A stretch of DNA of 61,183 nt, counting the filler, from Rhabdomonas costata (taxonomy: Eukaryota), in the NCBI GenBank assembly GCA_019059605.1. It is 16 parts of 16 records of this genome, joined end to end, with 100 filler letters (N's around TTAATTAATTAA, not from the genome) between each part and the next. Parts side by side here need not be neighbours in the genome. Positions count along the whole stretch, not along the records: positions 38,403 to 42,118 come from JAHMHO010000578.1; positions 42,219 to 45,936 come from JAHMHO010000579.1; positions 46,037 to 49,749 come from JAHMHO010000580.1; positions 49,850 to 53,560 come from JAHMHO010000581.1; 12 more parts are not named here. One strand, written 5' to 3'. Positions 38,623 to 49,943 of this stretch are shown here, one piece after another (the first letter of the stretch is position 1; the number at the start of each line of letters is the position of its first letter). The translations under genes were made by a program, and so were the position numbers. The notes below the pieces were generated by a model that had not been told where the DNA came from, made no database searches, and saw nothing but the letters and a program-made list of their open reading frames with translations.

Positions 38623-39699
38623 GCCCGCCTCTTCCACACCGTACTCGGATGTTTATCAGATCGAAAGCCGTCGCACTGGCGCAGTTTACGTGCCCGCTAT
38701 TCTTTTGAAATGTGTATGGGACACTCAGTTTATAACGTCTTTTACAGTCAACTTTTTAAACCTTTTGCTGTCATTCAACGGCCACTGCGTGTCACATCTG
38801 TCACATATTGACACGGCGCTGTGCTCGAAGCACTGTCATCCAACACTGTTAATCTCTGCAGCGGCTAAATGCTGCACGACGACTGGCGGGGTCGGTTTCC
38901 GTTGTGTGCTTGTTGTGTCATCTGGCGCAAGCATTCTTCACACAACCCGATATTATCAATAATATATTCTTTCATCGCTGCAAAGCGGTTAGGGCAACTA
39001 GGAATGACTGGCGATTTAAACTCAAATGCACAAAGAGGGAATTGCATAAAAGCTATCTGCAGAGTGAAAAACAATCTCAGGAAGGGAGTTTTGGAAAGTA
39101 TATTGGGTTTGTTTTGACCAATTCCATCATTCGCCTTGCGCACACATAATCTGATTAATCTAACATTGCCATTAACTTATCCACCCACTCGTCCACCAGG
39201 GGCACTGCTTCTCCCCATTCCCGTCCCCGTTTCTGAGATGAATTCCGAGCCTTCCTTCCGTTCTTGGGCTCCCGTTCGCTTATCGCTTTTCCCACCTGTC
39301 TTCCTCTCCCCTCTGTGTAAATTCGCTTTTCGTTTGTTTTGTTCGTGTGCTGCCGCTGTATTTAGTTTCACTGGATATCCATATCCAACAGTTCAGGGAG
39401 GATCTCTCGCAATGTCAATTTGTTGCACTTTCTTTTCTTCTTTGAAGGTGGGTGCGTAATATTCCTATCGGCTTCGTTGCAGTGAGATCTCCGTGGCCTT
39501 CTCCCCAAAGAATGGCCCTGGCCTCGCGCAAAGTGAAGCTCTTCAGAGGGGGTCCCGGTTGGGGGTTCCTTCCGTTTTTATGTTTTGGTGCAACAGTGTG
39601 GCACTGCTTTCCCCGTGCAGGGCTCACCACTGTTCCTCTTTGTTAGCGTCGGTCTTTTATCGCTGAACGGACGGAGGAAGCAAGGAATGGAAGCTTGTT

Positions 39700-42065
39700 A
39701 ACGACTGGGAGTCTGGGAGTGGAGACGTTTTTTTGTTGATTCGTTGATCCATCTGGCAGAAGTCATGAACAGCTCCAATCAGGGGGTATACGTGCATCAA
39801 CACCCCCCGCTCCCGGAATCCCCCCTGGACGAACCTGATTATTGGGCAAGTCATCCAGAAAAGGCTATTCCCTACCTTATTCATGTATAAGAATCCCAGG
39901 CCCTCTAACTTCCTTCGAAGGGTTGTATCGGATAGAGTGTGGGACGCTGGCATTCTGTGACTCTCCGGGCAGCCCACCAGCCGATGGGGTGTTCTTCATA
40001 CATGATTGCTGAACGCGCACCCCGCACGCACAAAACCCCCCGGCATGATTAGGGAGAACTCGCATGGTTATGGAGCGTGCATCAGTGTTTTCGAAACATA
40101 TGTATTATGGTATGTATTATTGTATGTATTATGGTATGGTATGTTCGGGGGGAAAGGCTCTGAGATGTATTCGACTCTGCCGTCAAGCTGTGCACTCCTC
40201 ACTTTCCCGTGTGTACCCCCCCGCCCTCGTTCACAGTTCTGCCCTCCGCTGTATAGTTTCCCCCAAAAAATGCCTTTTTCCCCTTCGGCAACAGGGACGG
40301 CAGATCAAAAGGCATCGGGTTTGGGGCCTTCTTGTGGTTTTCGTGCTCTTGGCCACCATCATGCAGCCAGCCACGGGTGCTCCGCAGCTTCCTTGTTCAC
40401 TTGCGCGTAGGCTGTGAACTGTTATTTTGGGAGTGGTAAACGCATAGCGGCATTAAACATTGGTGTCGTTCAATCGGAACGTTAGGGGTAGAGCACCGGG
40501 ATGTCTCATGAAGGTTACGTGCGAAAACATAGCCCCCTCCCCCTTTTTTCTGAGCGTCTGACACCGTCCTCTCTGCTGAAGGATGTTATGCTTGACGGAT
40601 TGGAGTTCGAACATGCCAACGAGTCATGAAGTACGAAAATCTTTCAGGTTTTTGTTAGCGGTTGAATGGGGCTTTAAACCGAGAGAAAAAAGAGCGTGCT
40701 GTGGGGAGTTTATGAGATCGAAATAACATATAGCAAAATTGTGTGCGAAGGAGGCTTTTGGGTCAGGGTTCGGTAGGTATTTCGGAATGGAATGCCTGAA
40801 TTGTAGCAGGCAGTCTTTCATCTCAACCGTTGGACAAGGCAAGATTTCGGCTGAATATCAGGAGGAAGGCAAAAACCAAATAAATCAATTGAATCAATTG
40901 CTGGGGATTGCCGATGATGCGCATTTTTTGAAGTCGCGACCTGCTTTTGCTTGGCTACAGGTTGCGACACGCTCTCCTCGGACTGGCTCGTCACCAACGT
41001 CACCACAACGCCCTCCCCAGGCACGGCCTGTGTAACGTCGGGATCGCACACAGTGACGAGCTCGGGCAAACTTCCTGTGAGCTCAAGGTAAGTAAAACAG
41101 CATACCAAATCCTCCCGTCTGACTGCTCTCTTTTTGTCCCTGTCTTTGCGTTTCATAAGATGATGTTCCCGTTTCAGTGAGGTATCGGTTAGATTGAGGA
41201 ATGAGCATTATACGGGTTTCCCGCGCAGTTGGCCTTCTGTTTGGTTGGTTGGTGGTCCAGCGATGCTTGGGCTGCCGATGCGGAGCTTGCGGTGCTTAGG
41301 CTGAAACTCGTTCGCCCCCGCCCCTCCTCCTCCTCTCATGGGGAGCCCACGGGATCAATGAAGGGCTGAGGAATGCACGACGTGCAAACGTTGGGATGGG
41401 TTCCAATGCGTTGGGGTGGTGCTGGCGCCCTTCCTGTTCGCCGGAATGGAGGATTTAGGAATGGATGCGGCCGTACCGTGCTTGGGTGTTGTAAACCTGC
41501 CTGGGTCCACTGAACCCGTGCATTCTGGCGAAGTCTGGTGCTGCATGTCACTGCAGTTCAAGTGCCTTTGAATGATCTTCCGTTTTTGTGTTTTAGGGCG
41601 ATGGTGCAACAACCGGGTAGTGGATCAGTTGGCCATGTCATGGGGCTTGGCCTCAGCTGAGCGCCGAAGCTCGCAGACACCGCCAGTTGTTTTAGTTGCT
41701 TTTCTTGGGAGAGTGCAGCTCACCAGGAAATTGTCTCCTGGATCTTTTCGACCCGCAACTCGCACACCTCGCACACAAGCCCCTCCTCCCACTTGCCCCC
41801 TTTTTTTAGCATGGTGTTCACCTTTATGGGCAAGAAGTATAGGAGCAGCTCTGGAGTCCTGGTGATGGCCCGAGTGAATAGCATCAGCAGCACCCGCCGC
41901 GGTGTGGCGGGGCTAATGCTTGCCTCCGAACGGAAGTCCACCTCGGCATATCCAGCATAATGGCAAACTCGCAGACATCGGGCATCTTGCTGAGCTTTTC
42001 GAGCTGCCAGAACTCCGGGCCCACCACCTGCTCCAGCACCACCGGCCCCACGAAGACGCTTCCCT
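39700..42065 (-). CDS. Probable multi-exon gene fragment, unknown product
   Basis: Open segments ending at GT donors (..TPRRVLLMLFTRAITRTPELLLYFLPIK|gtgaac; DTTLRRKLEGLGFLYMNK|gtaggg). Structure unresolved. Confidence 0.3.
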
Positions 42066-42373
42066 ACTGGCTGAAGCTGGAGGTGGTGAACGGTGGGTGA
42101 ACGTGTCGCACACCACCCNNNNNNNNNNNNNNNNNNNNNNNNNNNNNNNNNNNNNNNNNNNNTTAATTAATTAANNNNNNNNNNNNNNNNNNNNNNNNNN
42201 NNNNNNNNNNNNNNNNNNCCCCTGACATCCCTAAAGCAACACACTCCCCCTGCTCCCCTCCTCACCGCAAGCAAAGTCACACAAAAGTGGGGTCCACTCC
42301 CACCTTCCTTATCCATATAATCCCACACATGACACTTCGACATTGGGGCCCGAGGAAGAGCACCACTGCTCTC

Positions 42374-44639
42374 CTACTTCCTCACCCACAGCACGGCCAA
42401 GGGGTGCAGGGCGTGCGTCTCCGCGCTGACGATCTCGAGGTACTCCACCTCTTCCACGGGGGCGACCTGGAACGCGTACCGCGTCGCCACCCCCGCCACA
42501 TGGGTGTCCACCGCCCCGTTGAACAGCGGCTTCCCAAAGAACTTCGAGAAGCCGTACATGTCGCGTGGATCGGCGTACGCCCTGGCTCGGGTGACGGGGT
42601 AGGCCAGCCCCACCGCCGCCGCGAAAAGAATCACGGGCCAGCACCCCTCCGCGTTCTTCGGCCTTGGCCCTATCTCGCCGAGCTCCCCGCTGGCATACAT
42701 CGCGGCGTACTCCAGGCTGGGGGTTGTGTAGCAGCCATACCTGATGGACAATTAAATCCAAAACGGAAAAACACGAGCGGTGAAAGGTGAATACAAGCCC
42801 CCTACAAAATTAGGCTCGATGGTGGAAAACAAGGCAAAAAGGAAAGAAGAAGGAAGAATGGAAGCAACACAGTTTCAACCGTAGAACTCGCAGCTTCCCA
42901 TGAGAATCGGAAATGGGAGAGGCTCGAGGAGATGGAAGAACGCGGACTTCGACACGGTTTTTTATACAGGGATTATTCTCTGGTTCTGTCTGTCTGTCTC
43001 TCTCTTTCTCTCTCTCTCTCTCATCATTGCACGCTTTCTTTCATTACCCGAAATAGCCCTCGTCCTGCCGACAGAACTTCTGCAGCCCCGCGCAGAGGAT
43101 GTGCTCCAAACCGTCCACCCCAGTGCCGTGGAAGGTCAGCAGGACGTTCGACTGGCGATTGTGGGTCACAAACATTCCCTTCAGCTCGCCCACAATCCGT
43201 AGCATTTCCGTGTCCTCGCTCACCGCGGTCTCGGCTTGCATCACCTCCCGCGTCTTGGTCGACCGAAGATTGTCGAGTAATCCCAGGCGTGCCTGTAGGG
43301 CCTGAAGCGTCGCGGCGCTGCGGTCGACGATATCAATTCGGTGCACTTGGAACCCCGCGACCGGCCTTCCCACCAAACCGCTGCGATAGGAACCACGGCT
43401 GGCCATCAGCTCCTCCACCAGCTTCTTAACATCCGCAGGGCAATCCGGAGATTGCATCAAAAAGCTTGGGCGGGGGCCCATACCGAAGGGCGGAAAACGG
43501 GCAATGTTCCACGAGTATGGGGCCAGGGGGTCGAAAAGGCTGGTCTGCAGGGTGGTGATCTGCTCCCGGAGCCGTGAGACAACGGTATTCGCCGAAGAAA
43601 GTTCCGTGCGCAGCCGATCGTTGTCTGAGCGTAGCTCCTCGACACTCCCAACTGAAACAGAGAGCTCTGAGGCAACTTCAGATGATGTTCCACTGCCAGG
43701 GGGCGGGGTGAAGACCTCACAACGGGGAGAACCACTGGTGCGGTGCCAAAAGTTACACAAGTCGACCTCTCGTATCCTCCCCCCAAACACAAAAACACGC
43801 CCGTCAAGGGCAACAGCGCAGGCATCCCAACGACTGTTGCACATTGCCCTGGGGAGCATAGTGAACGTTTTGTTGCTGGGGTCGAACTCTTCGCAACTGG
43901 AGAGGATGGATTCATCGGAAGCAGCGGTCTTGCCCCCAAGGACGAAAATGCGGCCCCTATGGGCGACTGCACAGGCCCCCCAGCGCTTGCTGAGCATTGG
44001 TCTGGGAAGCATTGTGAAAGCTTTGGAGATCGGGTCGAACACTTCACAGTTGGAGAGGTACGTGCAGCGGTCAAAAAATCCCTCCCGGAGAGATTCGAAC
44101 CTGCTGCTGTCTGCCCCCCCATACAGGAAAATTCGGCCGTCATTATGGGCGGCGCCACAGGCACGGAACCGAGGGGTGCACATCGGCCTGGGAAGAATCG
44201 TGAAGGTTTCGCTGCGGGAGTCAAACACTTCGCAACTGGAGTGGGACGTGCTGCCGCCGTACCCACCAAACACAAAAATCCGGTCTCCCAGGGCGACCGC
44301 GCAGGCACCCCAGCGCTTGATGGACATCTCACACTCCAGCATTCGGAACGTGTTGGTACTGGGACTGAACACTTCGCAGCTGGAGAGGGCAGCGTTGCCG
44401 TCATGCCCTCCGAACAGAAAAATCTGGTCTCCACAGGCGGCCGCACAGGCGCCGTCGCGCCTGCTGCGCATCGCGTTGGGGAGCATCGTGAAGGTGTGGT
44501 TGCTGGGATCGAAGACTTCGCTGGTGGAGTGGGTTTCAAAGTTGTGTCCCCCAAAAACAAAAATTCGTCCTCCATGAGCGACGGCACAGGCGCCGGCGCG
44601 TCTGTCGCGGAGTTCTGCGTGGAGTGAAGAAAAGCTCAT
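42374..44639 (-). CDS. Kelch beta-propeller (6 repeats) / coiled coil / PARP-like ADP-ribosyltransferase protein, 652 aa; exons 43048-44639 and 42374-42740
   Basis: Six R.GAC.V...RIFVFGG...CEVFDP repeats, a coiled coil (EELRSDNDRLRTELSSANTVVSRLREQITTLQ), then FHGT...EGYFG|YGCYTTPSLEYAAMY...YLEIV. A 307-nt phase-2 GT-AG intron (42741-43047) restores the GYFGxGxY motif. A pyrimidine tract and AG precede the ATG. Confidence 0.85.
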
Positions 44640-44900
44640 TGTAAGGGTAGATTTCGGCGCTGAAAGGGCAACGCCCACAAAAAAAAAGCAGCCTGTGAGA
44701 AAAAAGGAGATGGCGAAGGAAGCGACAGGTGTGCGGGTAGTGGGACAATTTGCGTAAGCTCTCCGGCAGGGAGCATTCAGGGGTCGAGCCACCGATCTCC
44801 AATACGGGAGACACTTGTATTTTATTTTGCGTGTGTGTATGTGTGTGTGTGTGTGGGGGGGCGTCAAACGGACCGGCCACGCAGCGTTTCGGGAGGCCTG

Positions 44901-44943
44901 CTGTATATACAAAAGACCCCAGGCCTGCTTCGGCTTAGCCCTC
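44901..44943 (+). repeat. 43-bp dispersed repeat, copy 3
   Basis: ctgtatatacaaaagaccccaggcctgcttcggcttagccctc. Confidence 0.8.
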
Positions 44944-46173
44944 CTTGGTTCATTCAGGAACGTTTTACATGGCTAAATATCCGAACCGGACACATTTTTG
45001 GGATGTTGCTGTTAGGGATTTCGTAAACAGCAACAACTATCAAATGCATTTACTTTTATTATGACAAATGGGGTTAGGTATGCTGTTTTTTTACCTCTAC
45101 AAAGACATTATTTAATTTGTGGGGGGTTACGAAATTAATGACCGTTTCGCAGTGCTAAACGTTTACCCCCCCCCCCTCAGTACAATATTGAACAGCGACA
45201 GAAAAGTTCTACAGGTTCAAGAAACGAAGCAGGCGATGGGAGGGGTTACCGGGAAAACCCCCATTAGGGAGTGGGGTGGGAGGTTGGGCCCCATCATTCC
45301 TTCCGAGACATGTGAATTGCGTGTGTATGATTGCGAAACGCTGAAGTGCTGCTGAATCTTTCTTAAATCATAGCAGAGCTTCTGGGACAGAGGCCAGCAC
45401 TGCGATCTGAGCGTCATGCACGTACAAAAGGAGTGTCAGGTCAGCAGGACAAAAGTGAACTCTCCATCAGCCAAAGTTTCTCTGTGTTTAGGAAGGGGAC
45501 CGAGTTGGTATTTGGGCCCGGAGTCGCTGGGTCGGCACTCGCTACGTCGGCACCCTGACGTGACCCCAACCCCGGAGCGCGGCTTCTCCCAGCCCAGTCG
45601 GAGGCTGAGGCGTCCACTGTCCCCGTTCTTTTTCAGGGACTCCACCGATGCTGCTCCCATGACAGCTCCCTGTCTGGTGGTTTTCATGAGCGACGAAGAA
45701 GGCGTGCACTCCGCGGGCAAACCTTTGCAGACCTTTACCAAACAACTGCCCTCGGAGGCGTGCACTCTGCAACCATACACAGACTACCCCCAAGGAAGGC
45801 GCGTCCTGGCCCGCTCGCAGAACATGGGCGTGTGCTGTGCGGGGCTCGGGACCGAGAGAGATCCAAGGCGGTTCACAACCGCTCGACCCACACAGACTAC
45901 CTAGCATATTCACCCTGAGGGCGTGTACCCAACAAANNNNNNNNNNNNNNNNNNNNNNNNNNNNNNNNNNNNNNNNNNNNTTAATTAATTAANNNNNNNN
46001 NNNNNNNNNNNNNNNNNNNNNNNNNNNNNNNNNNNNTTTTTTGGTGGGAGCACTGCGCTCCAATCACCGGCATTGCTGTTCGGTTCCCGTAGTTCAATGT
46101 CGTGATTTTGTAGCGTGCTTCTTGGAGGGTTGGGTGTGTTGGGAGTGTTTGCCTGGTCGGTGGGTGACGACAG

Positions 46174-48688
46174 GATGGGGGACATCATCCTCGCGGTGAA
46201 CCCATTCCAGAGGATGGAGTACAACGATCCCAAGCACATGCCTGAGTACTTCGACGAGAGCAATGGAGCCCCCCACTGCTGGCAAGTGGCCCATGATGCC
46301 TTCCGGAACATTGTGATTCGGGTATCCCGTCTCTCTCTGTCACCCCGCACCTCGCACTTCCCATCTCAGAGCCTGTAAAACCTGACCCGTGCTTCGGTTT
46401 AAGATTTGAAGGGTCTCACGAAAGGCGACATTAGTCCCAAGGAATACCTTGGTGTTAAACTCGCCGGGGTCGAAACCCCAGTCACTCTAGTTAGTCAGCT
46501 GCTTACCTCAGAGTTTACCCCTGTGATACTGATGTTCCGACACATTCTCTTCATTTGTGCTTTTCCCCTCGTGACTCGAAGCTAGGGTCTCTTCATTCTG
46601 TTTGTCACCGTGTTGTTACCTTGTGAAGGTCCGGTGCACATACGGGAGTAGCACAGAAGAAATGCTCTTCTTCTTTTTTGTAGTGCGCAGGGAAGGAAAG
46701 AAAGAAACGTCCTGCTTTGGATCTTCCAGTAGCGGGTTATCGGGTCAATGGCAGTGTCGATGACAGTTTTGCGTCACTCCTATTCGCCTATTTGGCCCGC
46801 CATCCATTCGCGGTTGCCTAGCCACTACGGTGTGCTGGGTTGCATCTCCCCGTGGTTCCTGCCATTATTCGCACAGGACCTGAACAATCAGTCCATTCTC
46901 ATCAGCGGAGAAAGTGGAGCTGGAAAGACTGGTGTGTTCTCCAAACTTTTCCTCTCCGCCTCCCCACCCTCAATAACATGGATTAACATGGAATAACATG
47001 GATTAACTCGGCATTTTTTGTGTGAAGAAAAAATGGATCATTAAGAGATGGATGAAGAAGTGGCCACCTCCGGACCAAACTTCAGACTACTGAGAGAGTG
47101 GAAACAATGGAACAAAAAATGGATCGTCCCCGCTGATCCATTGATCCATTGTGTATTTGTACCCAAATTTGCGCTCAAATTTGAACCTTGAACCTTGAAC
47201 CTTGAACCTTGAACCTTGAACCTTGAACCTTGAACCTTGAACCTTGAACCTAACCTTTATCCCCTTATTCAATGGTAAGATTGAACTTTGGACTGGTCAT
47301 AATGAAATTTTCATAATTGAACTTTGAAATTGAACTTTGAGGTTGGTCGAGCTCGAAACCCTGCAGATGATTCAGTTATGAAATACCGCTCGACCCCATA
47401 ATCGTGTCCATTATTCAATCAGGTCTCGCTGGTGACCGAAAAGTTTGTGTTTTTTTATGCAAACTCGGATCTCTGATTCTGTGCCTTCGACGGGGGTGGT
47501 GTGGTTCTTTGCGTATTGTCCCGTCCCGGTCCCGGTCCCGGTCCCGCTTCCGGTCCACGCAGTGATGCTCGTTTTTGTTTGCGCTCTGCAGAGACGACCA
47601 AGATGCTGATGGACTATCTCGGTGTGAACCGCTCTTCTTGTATTTTTCTGAGGCTGTTGATTATGCAGTCTCAACCCTCCCTCAGCTTTTGGTCGATCAT
47701 GCCAGCGCTTCAGCCGTCTATCTTTGGAAGCCACTTCGTGTTGTCGAGCACCCTTCGATCACAAGGGTCACCCCGGATTTAAACTCTCGGCACTTGCATG
47801 TTGGTGGGTGCGATTTTCCTGTTGGAGTTCGTTTTGGGACTGCTACTACTTTTCACACCCATCCGCTACATGGCATGTAACGGGAATAATCAATGGGTTT
47901 GTTTTTCACAAGATTTTTTGATTTAATTAATTTTTTTTTGCAAATTTTTTTTTTTGCATTTTTGCATTTTTTTGCAGGGGCCTTCTCGCAGCACAACTCG
48001 CGGCACCCCATGCAGCAGGAGACTTGCGCCAGGGTGGCGCAGAAGCTGCGCGACTCCAACCCCATCCTGGAGAGCTTCGGGAACGCCAAGACCGTCCGCA
48101 ATGACAACAGCTCCCGCTTCGGGAAGTACATCAAGGTCATTGTCCACCCTGCTCTCCCTCCAGCATCCGCCGTTCATTGGGGTTTCAACAACCTCAAAGC
48201 TCTCAGCCATCCGCACCAGCGCCTATTGCAAGCCCCACCTTTCCTAGTATCCCGTTCACGTCGCCCGCCGCGCCTCCAATTCTCCTCCAATATTCGCGCC
48301 TCGCCTCCAATATTCTATGACCACTTCGCTCACCTCTATTTCTGCGCCACGAACCCGCGCGGCCAAGCGTAGGTATTTCCGCTCAAAAATCCCCCGAAGC
48401 TCAAACAAAAAAAGCACCGGCATGTGGTTGCTCGTGAGCGCCGTGTTTATAACGGGAAATTTGTGATGCTTCAAGAAAGCTTCTGATACTTTCTTTCCAC
48501 ATATAGATCGGGAAAGTTCGACTAGAATTTTGTGCCGAGACTTTTTCCCACCTCCTTCGTCATTTTTCTTGGTTGGAATAATCGCCTCGTTTCTCCCTTC
48601 ATAGCTTCACCTTGAGGCAAGGTCGGGTGTGATTGTTGGCGCCGAGATGGTGACCTATCTCTTGGAGAAGAGTCGAATCAGCGTCCAG
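46174..48688 (+). CDS. Myosin motor domain (resembles kinetoplastid myosin XXI/Myo13), exons 46174-46321, 46877-46931, 47592-47621, 47978-48135, 48605-48688; partial
   Basis: [52 protein letters not shown]|..[27 protein letters not shown]|..[13 protein letters not shown]-loop and switch I are intact and all GT-AG phases are consistent. Confidence 0.92.
47181..47250. repeat. (TTGAACC)10 tandem repeat in a myosin intron
   Basis: Ten perfect 7-mers, with degenerate TTGAACT copies downstream to ~47340. Confidence 0.95.
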
Positions 48689-49943
48689 GTATTCATATCC
48701 TTGCGATGCACTTGATAGGACCGCGGGCGAGAGGTTCTGGTTGGTGGAAAAGGAGGAAAAATATAGACGACAAAACTGGAAGGATAGCACCCTACTCCTT
48801 CCGAGAAAAGCATCCCCCACTGCAATTTTTCGGTTGATAAGGCTTTCACCTGTCATCGGCGCACACGCATTCATTCACTCACTCATAAACAAACACACGA
48901 CCGCATTTTAAAACCCACGGTATGCCTTCACCTTCACCTTACCTTCACCGACACCACAAATTGCGCACATCTTTTCCTCATACAGTGGTGCCAAACAACC
49001 GAAGCAATCGCTTTCTTTTTGGTGGGTGCTTTTTTTTAAGGTTGGTGCCGCACGTTGGGTACGCACGTTGGAGGTTTTTGCATATCCCGTTTTTTCCCGA
49101 GTTATAAATACGCTCCGCGTGATTTCAAGGTTAGTAAGGGCGGGTAGATACACCCGCCCTTTCGAGCCGTAAAACAGAGATTATTGTGTTTTGGTGATTG
49201 GGCTTGTGTCCTGGTCCAGCTGCATTTTCTTGCCTTATGGCGTGGAGTGGTTGGTCCAGCAATGCAAAAGCTCCTCCTGGTACCAGCCATTCCATGAAGT
49301 CAGGTGCCATAAGTAAGGCTCCTGAACGAGCTCTGGGGCTCGATTGGTATTCTCATGTTATCCTTGTGGTGAGCCGGCCCCCCCCGCGGCACCTGAAAAT
49401 GCTATAGGATCCCCCATGTGAGCACTAGGTGCGGAGTCTTGACAAGGACCTTTTCTTTTCTTCCCCCTTGCTTTCCCGTTTTCCCCTTCTCCTCCGTCTT
49501 TTTCTTCGCACAAGCATACAAAAACTTATCTCAGTCGCTCAAACCAAAAATTATGAGCAGCACTTCCGCAGCTGTGGGTGAAGGAGGCTGGTTCGTGCTG
49601 CCTATCCTCTTGTAACTCAGTTGGCTTTGTGCTTTTCGTAATAAATTGGCGCAAATCGGGAAAGTGACTTAAGTCTTGGGGACCTTGGGCGCTTGGGAGA
49701 AGGGGGGTCCGCATTTCCCTTTTTGGCGGGAGATGCGGACCCCCCAAAANNNNNNNNNNNNNNNNNNNNNNNNNNNNNNNNNNNNNNNNNNNNTTAATTA
49801 ATTAANNNNNNNNNNNNNNNNNNNNNNNNNNNNNNNNNNNNNNNNNNNNGTGGGGGGGGGAGCCGGCAGGACAACAGGCCTGCTTCTCTGCTTCTCCGCT
49901 TTCCTCATTTCGGTTGGGGTGTGATTTTTTAAAGGCCTGGAAG

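Noticed and set aside
38627..38689. YSDVYQIESRRTGAVY as a kinase N-lobe exon on the + strand
   Set aside because: No downstream kinase exons found; other coding segments in this contig appear to be on the minus strand.
43457..44627. Three long overlapping alternative-frame or antisense ORFs (376, 357 and 294 aa)
   Set aside because: Expected by-product of GC-rich repeated kelch codons; no independent protein features.
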